DNA of 64,000 nt from Thermoanaerobaculia bacterium (GTDB taxonomy: Bacteria; Acidobacteriota; Thermoanaerobaculia; UBA5066): NCBI GenBank assembly GCA_963719225.1, contig CAVRAY010000001.1, positions 224,001 to 288,000 of the forward strand, read 5' to 3'. The notes below the pieces were generated by a model. The model saw nothing but the letters and a program-made list of their open reading frames with translations, was not told where the DNA came from and did not search any database. The translations under genes were made by a program, and so were the position numbers. This document shows, piece after piece, positions 1 through 8,647 of this stretch (positions are counted from its first letter, which is position 1; the number at the start of each line of letters is the position of its first letter).

Positions 1-818
1 TCATCGGTCTCCTGCCGCTCGCGCTTTCGCTCGGGATGTCGGCGCTCCTCGCGCGCCTCCTGACGCTCGGGGTGCCGCCCGAGGAGAATCGCGGCCGGCT
101 CGCTCTCGTCGCCGGAGCGGCTCTCGCCTTCGTGACCGTCGCGATTCCGCTCCAGTTCGAGCGCGAGTGGCTGACGCTGGGGTGGGCGCTCCTCGGCGCG
201 GCGCTCGCGTGGCTGTGGGGGCGGATCCCCCACCGTGCGCTCGTCCCCTGGTCGCTGGCGCTCTTCGGGGCGGCCTTCGTGCGTCTCGCGCTCAACCCGG
301 CCGTCCTCTCTTATCACCCGCGCGCGAAGACGCCCGTCTGGAACTGGTACCTCGCGGTCTACACCGTGGCGGCCGCGGCGTTCTTCCTCGGCTTCGCGCT
401 CTTTCGCCGCGCGGGACGGGTTCCCTGGAACGGGGCCGTCCGCCTCCTGCCGGCGGGCGGGACGGCGCTCCTCTTCGTCCTCCTGAACCTCGAGATCGCC
501 GACTACTTCGCCGAGGGAAGGGCGCCTTCGTTCAACGTCCTCTCGTCGTCGCTTTCCGAGGGGCTCGCGTACACGCTTTCCTGGGCGCTGTTCGCGATCG
601 CGCTCCTCGTCGCGGGCCTCCTCGTGAAGAGCCGAACGACCCGGATCGCGGCGCTCGTCCTTCTCGTGATCACGATCCTGAAGTGCTTCCTCTTCGATCT
701 CGCGCAGCTCGGCGGCCTCTATCGGGTCGCGTCGTTCGTGGGCCTCGCGGCGTGCCTCGCGGCCGTCGCGCTGCTCCTGCAGCGCTTCGTCCTCGTCAGG
801 AGCGATGCAAAGTCCTGA
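1..818 (+). CDS. DUF2339-like integral membrane protein (5' part outside window)
   Basis: Multi-TM hydrophobic ORF ending ...TILKCFLFDLAQLGGLYRVASFVGL, a typical DUF2339 C-terminus; appears to run in from the window edge. Confidence 0.75.
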   Translation, partial: IGLLPLALSLGMSALLARLLTLGVPPEENRGRLALVAGAALAFVTVAIPLQFEREWLTLGWALLGAALAWLWGRIPHRALVPWSLALFGAAFVRLALNPAVLSYHPRAKTPVWNWYLAVYTVAAAAFFLGFALFRRAGRVPWNGAVRLLPAGGTALLFVLLNLEIADYFAEGRAPSFNVLSSSLSEGLAYTLSWALFAIALLVAGLLVKSRTTRIAALVLLVITILKCFLFDLAQLGGLYRVASFVGLAACLAAVALLLQRFVLVRSDAKS

Positions 819-827
819 AGTCCGGCT

Positions 828-3671
828 TCAGGGCTTCGCGGCGAGCCCCGCCGCGACGTACATCGGATCGTTCGTGCCATTGTCGATGATCGTCGCGTAG
901 GCCGCCACGAGACCGCCCGACGGCGAGATGCGGATGAGGCCCGAAGGCGGCCCGTCGCCGAGGCCGCGTCCGTGGAAGAGATCGTCGATCTGGACGCCGC
1001 CCGCGAGCGGGATCGGCGTTTCGAACCGGTCCTCGAGGACGCCGCTCTCGTCGAAGAACTCGACGCGGACGCTCACAGGCGGGCCGGACACGAACGAGGT
1101 CGTGAGCTCGACGAGCGCGAGGTTCGTGCGGAAACCGCTTCCTCCCGCGGGCAGGAGGATCTCGAGCGATTCGCCGCCCGCGGCGGACTGGAAAGCGTTG
1201 AGCGCGGGGATGAGCAGGCCGTACGAGCCGCCCGACGGGTTCACCGTGTAGGTCCGCGAGGTCACGCGCACGCCGCCGGAAACGTCGGCGCCTCCGTCCG
1301 TCTGAAAGCGCAGCCGCGCGACGCCCGTCCGGCCGAATGCCGTGAGGAGCGCGTCGCGAATCACCTTCGATTCGCGGGGGAGGAGCGTGAGGACGAGGGT
1401 CTGCTCGCCCTCGTTCGAGCTCCAGCTCTTGGCGAGGAGGCGAACGGAGCGGACGCCGTTGGCGGGGTTGAAGAGGAACAGGTCGCTTCGATAGGCGGCG
1501 CCGTGGGCGCCGTCCGCATGGACGATCGCGGGAATCGTCCGCACGACCGTCGCCGGAATGTCCGGCGGAAAGTACATCGGGTCGTTCGTCGCGTTGTCGA
1601 TCGCGATGACGCCTACGACCGACTCGCCCGACTCCGGCGTCACGAGGAGGGAGCCCGTCCGCCAGAACGGCGCCCCCAAAGTTGCGGCGAGGTCGCTCAG
1701 CTGCGTCTGTCCCCAGGGAGGGGCCGCGAGGGAACCGGCGCCGGCCGAGGGATCGGCCGTGTCCGCGGAGAGGGCCAGCGTCGCCTGCGCGCCGCGCCCG
1801 CTCACGTCGGTAGCGATCAGGTTCGTGCGAAAGCCGGAGCCGAGGAGGCCCGCCGCGAAGGACACGGGGAAGCCGGCGCCGATCCCGGCGAAGACGTCCA
1901 CGGCACCGACCGACATCCCGTAAGAGCCGGCGGCCGTGCTCGTGTAGGTGCGGCTCGTGGCCTCGATCGAGCGGCCGCCCTCCGGCGTGAGGAGCAGCGC
2001 TCCGGACCCGGACTCGAGCTGGAAGAGCGAGGAAAGGACGTCGCTCTTCGTGAGGATCGCACCTCCCGCGAGCGTGACGGAAGCGTCGAAGGCCGCAGAA
2101 ACTCCGGTCGCGTTCGGAAGGAATCTCACCGAGACGGCGACCGGGTCCGGATCCGGATTCCGGAGCACGAGGTCCGTCCGCCACCGGCTTCCGTTCATTC
2201 CGTCCGTGCGCGCGGTCCCCGGAATGACGAGGCGCTGATGGAGCGAGCCGCGCACGACGCCCCACTCCTGGATGACGTCGCCGCCGCCGCCGCTGGCCCC
2301 CGACGGCCCGCCCGGAACGAACACGAGGGAGGGACTGCCGGAATCGAACAGGAAGGGCTCGCCGTTCGAGATCGTGTCCGGATCCACGTGTACGAAGGCC
2401 TTCATCGTCTGCTCGTTCACGAACAGCTCGTCGTAGGAGGCCGGCGCGGGGTGCCCGACTTCCCACACGGCGAGGGCCGGGTCCTTGAAGACGCGCTGGT
2501 CGACCTGCGGACGCGGGCGGTGCACCTGGACGAGGAGGCGCTTTCCCGAGGCGCCCACGTGGAGCGCTTCGACCTCGGGGCGCGTGACGTCGTGCCACGC
2601 TTCGACGAGACCCGTGTCCGGCGTGTGCAACGACAGGACGGTCGGTCCCGTGCCGCGCTGGAGGACCCACGCACCCGAAAAATCGGGTGTCGGGACCGCG
2701 AAGAGATCGGTCGGGCCCGGGTTGACGGCCGCCGCGATCTCGAGGCGCCCGCCGCCCGCGGCGAGAAACAGGGCGTGCCGGCTGCCGGTCGACGTGTACG
2801 TGTCGGCCTCGACGTACGCGCGTCCGTCGGGAGTGATCCACCCGTTTCGAAAGTACGTGTTGGCGGGCTTGTCGGTCAGCGCCTGCGAGCTTCCGTCGGG
2901 GTTCACGACGTACAGGCCGGGAGTCGCGTTTCCGCTTCCCGGTCCGGCGGCGGCGAGCGGGGTTCCCGAGAGAAGCGCACGTCGCCCCTCCGCGTCCGTC
3001 CCGACGAGCGAGCTGTCGCTCGAAGCGAAGGCCCGGCGTGCGACGCCGCCGTTCGCGAAGACGTCCCAGAGTCCGAGACGCGCCGAGTCCGATTCGAAGA
3101 GCGCGAGGAGGAAGGGGGACGCCGAAGTGCCGATGCGAACGGCCGAGTCGCGGGCGCGCACGAACGGGCCGCCGATGTCCGCGGACCACGGAAAGTAAGC
3201 GCCCGCCGAGGGCAGCGGAAGGACCGACCACGTCGTCCCCCCGTCGGCGCTGAAGAGGAAACGGTAAAGGCTGGTCGGATTCTCCCCCGCGGAGAGGCTC
3301 GCGCTCGTGTGCACGAGAAAGACGGGTGAAGAACCGGTCTCCTCGCGGGCCGCCGCGAAGTCGATGCCGGTATCGACGCCCCCCGGCGTCACGTCGCGCG
3401 GCTCTTCCTGGCCGAGGCTGTCGTGAAGGACGAGCCGCGAGGGTGAGGAGTAGCCGCACGACAGGCACGAGGGGCCCCCTCCGACGAAGGTCTGAATGCC
3501 GGTCTGCTCCACGAGGAGCGCGTGCCGGTTCGTCCGCCTCTGGACCGCGGGAATGGCCGTTCTGCTGGTGAGGGGGGCATACGAAATGACTCGCGCCGAT
3601 ACTGTGTCGGCGAGGACGAGGAGGACGAGCGACGCGAGGGCCGCGACGCGGCCGGGCCGGAAGATCGCCAT
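828..3671 (-). CDS. Secreted protein with two C-terminal copies of a ~230-aa repeated domain
   Basis: Signal peptide MAIFRPGRVAALASLVLLVLADTVSA; repeats start RLVIPGTARTDGMNGSRWRTDLVLRNP and RTIPAIVHADGAHGAAYRSDLFLFNP and end IDNxTNDPMY. Confidence 0.8.
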   Translation of the reverse strand: MAIFRPGRVAALASLVLLVLADTVSARVISYAPLTSRTAIPAVQRRTNRHALLVEQTGIQTFVGGGPSCLSCGYSSPSRLVLHDSLGQEEPRDVTPGGVDTGIDFAAAREETGSSPVFLVHTSASLSAGENPTSLYRFLFSADGGTTWSVLPLPSAGAYFPWSADIGGPFVRARDSAVRIGTSASPFLLALFESDSARLGLWDVFANGGVARRAFASSDSSLVGTDAEGRRALLSGTPLAAAGPGSGNATPGLYVVNPDGSSQALTDKPANTYFRNGWITPDGRAYVEADTYTSTGSRHALFLAAGGGRLEIAAAVNPGPTDLFAVPTPDFSGAWVLQRGTGPTVLSLHTPDTGLVEAWHDVTRPEVEALHVGASGKRLLVQVHRPRPQVDQRVFKDPALAVWEVGHPAPASYDELFVNEQTMKAFVHVDPDTISNGEPFLFDSGSPSLVFVPGGPSGASGGGGDVIQEWGVVRGSLHQRLVIPGTARTDGMNGSRWRTDLVLRNPDPDPVAVSVRFLPNATGVSAAFDASVTLAGGAILTKSDVLSSLFQLESGSGALLLTPEGGRSIEATSRTYTSTAAGSYGMSVGAVDVFAGIGAGFPVSFAAGLLGSGFRTNLIATDVSGRGAQATLALSADTADPSAGAGSLAAPPWGQTQLSDLAATLGAPFWRTGSLLVTPESGESVVGVIAIDNATNDPMYFPPDIPATVVRTIPAIVHADGAHGAAYRSDLFLFNPANGVRSVRLLAKSWSSNEGEQTLVLTLLPRESKVIRDALLTAFGRTGVARLRFQTDGGADVSGGVRVTSRTYTVNPSGGSYGLLIPALNAFQSAAGGESLEILLPAGGSGFRTNLALVELTTSFVSGPPVSVRVEFFDESGVLEDRFETPIPLAGGVQIDDLFHGRGLGDGPPSGLIRISPSGGLVAAYATIIDNGTNDPMYVAAGLAAKP

Positions 3672-3755
3672 CGAAGACTCCTTCGAAGCCGCTCCGTCAG
3701 CAGGGGTGCGGTTCACGAGGAAGTGTCGACCGGAAGGACGAGCTTTCCCCTGCCG

Positions 3756-6700
3756 TCAGTACTCGGCCGCCGGGAGCATCCTCAGGACGCTGCCGTCGGA
3801 GGTCTTCCCGTCGTTCAGTACGCCGTACGCGAGCCAGGTGTCGTCGCCGGAGAGCCGTGTGACGACCGCGTAGGCTGCCGTCGTCGAGGCGGGCACCCCC
3901 GCGGTGTCGAAAACGGACGACCACTGCGTCCAGTCGCCCGGCTGGAGCGTGACGGTGACCGGTATGCCCACGGCCAGCGAGGTCGTGGCGTCGTAGAGGC
4001 GCACGGACAGGGAGAGCGGGATCTCCGAGCCCCCGCCCAGATGGACGACCGCCAGATTCGAGCGCACGGAGGCGTCCCGCGCGAGACCCGGCACGAGCGC
4101 CGAGATTCGCGCGCCGCCTCCTTGCGCCGCGGCCGGATAGGCGACGCCGAACGCGCCGCCGGTGGCCACATCGGTGTTCGGGGTCGTCGTGCGCGCGAGC
4201 GCGACGGTCTTCGGCGAATCGAGGTTGCCGAGGTTTCGGAACGCCACGGAAAGCGTGCCGGCCTGGGGACCGGTCGACGGATCCGGGATGTTGATCCCCC
4301 GTAACCTCAGGTACGCGAGGATGTCCGGAATCGTCGTCTGCTGGTGCGCGGCGAGCGTGAAGGTCACGACGGGGACGCCGGTCGAGGATCCGAATCCTGG
4401 CGCCGGCCGATAGACGAGGTCCACGGGCGTAGAGAAGTTCCCGTCGTTCGCGACCGTCAGCTCGGTCGTGTAATGCGATCCGGCGGCGCCGAACACGTCG
4501 AGGACGACGGGCACGACGAGCTTGCGTGCGGCCGCGAGTCCGCCCGGGCGATAGAGCGGCAGGATCGAGCCGTCGGAGGTCTTCGCGTCGTTCACGACGC
4601 CATATGCCGTCCACGCGCCGATCCCGCTCGTCCTCGTGATCTTCGCGTAGCCGTACGCAGGCTCCGCGAGGCCCGCCTGCAGGAGGACTCCGTTGAACTG
4701 CCTCCACTCGCCCCGATGCAGCGTCGTGACGAGGGGCGCACCCGAGGGCGCTCCGCTCTGGTCGTACACCTGTATCGAGAGCGTCGAGGTCCCGTCGCCG
4801 CGGCCCGGGAGATGACCGACCGCGAGATTGGACCGGGACGTGCCGGAGATGCTGCGCAGCCCGTAGACCGCCCCCTCGTCCTCGGCGGCCTCGAGGTCGG
4901 ACGGCGCGTCGAGGAACGTGCCGAAGCTGCCCGAGGCGCCGGCAGTGTAGGCACGGGAAAATGCATAGACGTCATCGGTTGAAGAGGCGGTGTTTGCGGC
5001 TGAGATCGAGACCGAGCCGGCCGTACCGGAAGGGCCGGGCGCGATCACGAGAGCGTGGTCGCGGAAGAACTGGAGGGCGTCCGCTGCGCGAATCTCCGAG
5101 GAGGGCGCGAGGTCCACCGAGACGGCGCCGCCCCCGGCAAGTCCGAAGTCGGGCGCGGGGAAGAACTCCACCAGAACCGTCGCGGGCGAGGCCGACCGAT
5201 TCCCGATCGTGAGGTCCGAGCGGAAGCGCGCTCCGGTGGCCCCGACGACGTCCAGGACCACCGGGATGTACTTCGTGGAGGAGGAAACCGGCGCCCGATA
5301 GAGGCCGCTCCCCGCCGTGCCCGTATACAGCTGCGATCCGTCGGCGCTCAGATGGACGACTCGCGCGTCGACGCCTGGCGGAAGGCCCGCATTCTCCGGC
5401 TGCCAGCCGCCGCTCGTCCTTCGGAGAACGCCCGCCGTTCCCCCGCCCGCGAACGCCTTTCCGCCGCCTGCGTCGAGGGACGTCACGAACGCGGTGCTCG
5501 CTCCGAAGTCGTCCTCGCGCCACTGGCCCGTCGACGAAAAGATCCCGCCGGACACGGGCGCGGCGAAGAGGACGTTCGCGTCACCCCCGAGCGCCCGGAC
5601 GCCCGCGGGTGCGCCGGAGACTGCCTGCCAGGTCTGCGCGCGGACGAAGAGGTTTCCGCTCACGGAGGCGTAGAGCTTTCCGGCGACTTCGCGCGTCGTC
5701 TGCACCGCTCCGTTCGCGGGGAGCCCCGCGTTGTCGGAAGACCACGTGCTGGCCACGAGCCGCCACATTCCCGCGTTCGACGTGCCGCCCGCGATGCTGC
5801 CGCCGGAGACCGCGGCGAGCGACGTGATCGAGACGCCGAGTGGCAAGCCGCTCTCGACGATCGAGGGCGGCGCCTGCAACCCCGGCCCGAGCCCCCAGGC
5901 GTAGAGGTGGCAGTTCGTCGCGGCGAAAAGGCTCAGCGCGTTGCTCGCGATTGCGCCCACGTTCCCGCAGCCTTCCGGGGCGAGATTCACGGCGGGAGCG
6001 AAATCCAATGCGAGGCCCGCGCCGTGCGCGGCCGCAGCGGTTACTCCGCCGACCGTTTTCACGTCCGAGATGGAGGCCGCCCAGAGGCCGGTTCCCGCGG
6101 GGCTCCACGATCCGCTGGAAAGCCGTGCGACGGGAGCGCCGGCCGTGCCGACGTAGAGATCGCTTCCCAGCGTGCCGAAGCTCTTCGCCGACGCGACGAG
6201 AAGACCCGCATTCGTGGCTTGCCAGGAGCCCAGGAACGAGAGAACTCCGGCGTCCGCGGTCGCCGCACGCAGAGTTCCGCCGGCACCCGTGATGGCGCGC
6301 ACGTCGTGCGCCCCGAAGCCGGAGATCGGGACCCAGGCTCCCCCGAACGAATAGAGCGTCTGGTCGGTGCCCGCATAGAGCGTGCCGTTCGCGACACCGA
6401 GGGCCTGGACCGTGGAGGTCGAGGGAAGGCCGGTCGAGATCGAGGTGACGGTCGCGCCCGCGTACTGCGCGGCGCCGCCGCGCAGGCCGACGACGAGATC
6501 GCCGGACGTGACGGCCGCGGCCGTCACGAGCCCGCCGGGATTCGCGAGGAGCGCCCACGATCCGGAGGAGCGCTTCGCGACGCCGAGTCCCGCGGCCCAC
6601 ACGGAGGTCCCGTCCGTCGCCAGGAGAGACGGAAAGACGAGGCCGGCGGGAAGGGCTTCGGCGCTCCATGTTCCGTCGGCGGCGCGCCTCCACACTTTTT

Positions 6701-6989
6701 CTCCGTCGGCCGCGTAGACGGTTTCGGCAACGGCGATCGACGAAATCCTCTGCGCCGAGAGCCCGTCGAAAGTCCACGTGCCGGCGTCCATGCGCCAGAC
6801 TCCGCGCGACGTGGCGGCCCAGAGAGTCGCGCCGCTTCCGGCGAGCGCGGGGACGTCCGCGCCGGGGAGCGTGTTCGCGGGAACGAAGACCAGGCCCGCG
6901 TTCGAGGGCAAAGCGGCCAGCAGAACCATAAGGAGCGCGACCCGGATGGCGGGGGCGGGCAAACCCCGGAACTCGAAATGTCGTCTCAT
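3756..6989 (-). CDS. Secreted beta-propeller protein with two C-terminal repeated domains
   Basis: Signal peptide; many LYAGT/W..GL propeller-type blades; two domains ending AYGV(V/L)ND.KTSDGS; start codon uncertain (ATG 6989 chosen). Confidence 0.8.
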   Translation of the reverse strand: MRRHFEFRGLPAPAIRVALLMVLLAALPSNAGLVFVPANTLPGADVPALAGSGATLWAATSRGVWRMDAGTWTFDGLSAQRISSIAVAETVYAADGEKVWRRAADGTWSAEALPAGLVFPSLLATDGTSVWAAGLGVAKRSSGSWALLANPGGLVTAAAVTSGDLVVGLRGGAAQYAGATVTSISTGLPSTSTVQALGVANGTLYAGTDQTLYSFGGAWVPISGFGAHDVRAITGAGGTLRAATADAGVLSFLGSWQATNAGLLVASAKSFGTLGSDLYVGTAGAPVARLSSGSWSPAGTGLWAASISDVKTVGGVTAAAAHGAGLALDFAPAVNLAPEGCGNVGAIASNALSLFAATNCHLYAWGLGPGLQAPPSIVESGLPLGVSITSLAAVSGGSIAGGTSNAGMWRLVASTWSSDNAGLPANGAVQTTREVAGKLYASVSGNLFVRAQTWQAVSGAPAGVRALGGDANVLFAAPVSGGIFSSTGQWREDDFGASTAFVTSLDAGGGKAFAGGGTAGVLRRTSGGWQPENAGLPPGVDARVVHLSADGSQLYTGTAGSGLYRAPVSSSTKYIPVVLDVVGATGARFRSDLTIGNRSASPATVLVEFFPAPDFGLAGGGAVSVDLAPSSEIRAADALQFFRDHALVIAPGPSGTAGSVSISAANTASSTDDVYAFSRAYTAGASGSFGTFLDAPSDLEAAEDEGAVYGLRSISGTSRSNLAVGHLPGRGDGTSTLSIQVYDQSGAPSGAPLVTTLHRGEWRQFNGVLLQAGLAEPAYGYAKITRTSGIGAWTAYGVVNDAKTSDGSILPLYRPGGLAAARKLVVPVVLDVFGAAGSHYTTELTVANDGNFSTPVDLVYRPAPGFGSSTGVPVVTFTLAAHQQTTIPDILAYLRLRGINIPDPSTGPQAGTLSVAFRNLGNLDSPKTVALARTTTPNTDVATGGAFGVAYPAAAQGGGARISALVPGLARDASVRSNLAVVHLGGGSEIPLSLSVRLYDATTSLAVGIPVTVTLQPGDWTQWSSVFDTAGVPASTTAAYAVVTRLSGDDTWLAYGVLNDGKTSDGSVLRMLPAAEY

Positions 6990-7090
6990 TTGGCGTGCCT
7001 CGGGCGCCCGAGAGCGCCTTTTTGCAGTGTACATGGCACGACCTGTGCGAATCACGCCCCTGGGGGACGGATTTCCAGAAGGAGAAAATC

Positions 7091-7414
7091 ATGAATCCAA
7101 AGCCCTCTTTCCGATGGTGCGCTACCGGGGCCGCGGCTCTGGCGGCCGCTCTTCTCGGTTCGTGTGTCGTTGGGCCTCCGCCGGGCGCCGTCTACGTGCG
7201 AACGCGTCCACCCGCTGACATCGTCGAGGTCCGGGGAGTGGCTCCGGGACCCGGCCATGTCTGGATCTCGGGCTACCACGCGTGGCGCGGCGGGGTCTAC
7301 GTCTGGGTGCCCGGACACTGGGACGCTCGTCCTCATCCGCGCGCCGTGTGGGTGCGCGGAAGATGGAGACAGCATCGCAATGGCTGGTACTGGATCGAAG
7401 GGCACTGGAAGTAA
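7091..7414 (+). CDS. YXWGXW-repeat lipoprotein
   Basis: RBS GGAG before ATG 7091; lipobox LLGSC; repeats HVWISGYHAW, YVWVPGHW, WVRGRW, YWIEGHW. Confidence 0.85.
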   Translation: MNPKPSFRWCATGAAALAAALLGSCVVGPPPGAVYVRTRPPADIVEVRGVAPGPGHVWISGYHAWRGGVYVWVPGHWDARPHPRAVWVRGRWRQHRNGWYWIEGHWK

Positions 7415-7423
7415 TCTCGCGCC

Positions 7424-8647
7424 ATTCGGTTCGATCCCGAGCGTCTGTTCGCCGACCCTCGCTACGCGGCCTACGCCGCGGCGGGGGTCGCGTCGGTCGA
7501 ACGAGGTACCTGCGACCCGATTTCCGAGGAGCTGGAGAGAGACTCTTCGAGTGGAAGAGGGGGAGGGAGCGAACGCGAGCTCACCGCCGCGTTCGCGCTC
7601 TCGACGCAGGGGCTTTCCTCTTTGACGGCGCGCCTCCCGAAAACAGAGTCGCTCCCCCGCGCGCTCGGGCAATTTCTATTCGAAGAAAATCTTCTCTCCA
7701 AGGCCCGCGCGAGGCGCCTTCTCGAAACGCTCGTCGAGACGGTCCGCGCGCTGCGGGCTGCGGCTGTGGAGGTCGTCGCGCTGAAAGGCGCGGCCCTGGC
7801 GTTCTTCCATTATCCGGATCCTGCCCTCCGTCCGATGGGGGATCTCGACCTCCTGCTGCGCGACCCGCGTCAGCTCGGGCAGGCGACCGCCGTCCTCGTC
7901 GGAGGCGGCTGGATCGCTCTCTTCGACACACCGCGCCACCGCGTCTTCGCACGGCCCGGCGAGCGCGTCGCGCGGCCCGCCGCCGAGGATCCGGAGAACC
8001 CGATCCGGCTCGAGATCCACACGTCCTTTCGCCTGCCCGTGCTCGGCGGCCTCTACGACGCGAGTGCGGCGCTGCGCGCCCAGTCGGAAACACGGGATGT
8101 GGACGGCACGGCCGTCGCGATCGCGGCTGGTGCCGCGCTGGTGCCGCACCTCCTCTTCCACGCCGCCGAGGACTTCGCGGGAAACGGGATCCGGGGGATC
8201 CAGGCGTACGACTTCCGCCTCCTCGCGCGGGCGGGCGGCGCTCTCGCGCCGGAGATTTCTGCGAATGAAAGATCGGGCGGAAGTCGCCGAGGAGCCGCCC
8301 CACTGCTGTATGCGGCGGACGCGATCGAGCGTCTCTTCCCTCTTACTTTCAAAGAAGTCTTTCTTTCTTCTCTCTCCTCTAACGTCAATCCGGCCCTGCG
8401 CGCGCGCGCAGCAGCGCTGCCGGCGCTGCGTTATTCGCGCCCCGCGCGCGGCTGGACGCGGGTGCTCCTGTCGCTCGTGGAGGGTCCCGTTCCGCGCGCG
8501 CGTTTTCTCATGCGCACGCTCTTTCCGACGCTGGGCGAAGTGAAGGCGAATGCGGCACCGGACGCGACGGGGTTGGCGCTCGCCGCGGCCTGGGTGCGCG
8601 TCCTCCTCGGCCGCGCCGGCCTTCGACGCCGCCGAGGGCCGCGATGA
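7424..8647 (+). CDS. Nucleotidyltransferase family protein (NTP_transf_5-like)
   Basis: Motifs VALKGAALAFFHYPDPALRPMGDLDLLL and LEIH; frame is open back to 7415, so the start may be ATT 7424 or TTG 7622. Confidence 0.8.
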   Translation: MRFDPERLFADPRYAAYAAAGVASVERGTCDPISEELERDSSSGRGGGSERELTAAFALSTQGLSSLTARLPKTESLPRALGQFLFEENLLSKARARRLLETLVETVRALRAAAVEVVALKGAALAFFHYPDPALRPMGDLDLLLRDPRQLGQATAVLVGGGWIALFDTPRHRVFARPGERVARPAAEDPENPIRLEIHTSFRLPVLGGLYDASAALRAQSETRDVDGTAVAIAAGAALVPHLLFHAAEDFAGNGIRGIQAYDFRLLARAGGALAPEISANERSGGSRRGAAPLLYAADAIERLFPLTFKEVFLSSLSSNVNPALRARAAALPALRYSRPARGWTRVLLSLVEGPVPRARFLMRTLFPTLGEVKANAAPDATGLALAAAWVRVLLGRAGLRRRRGPR

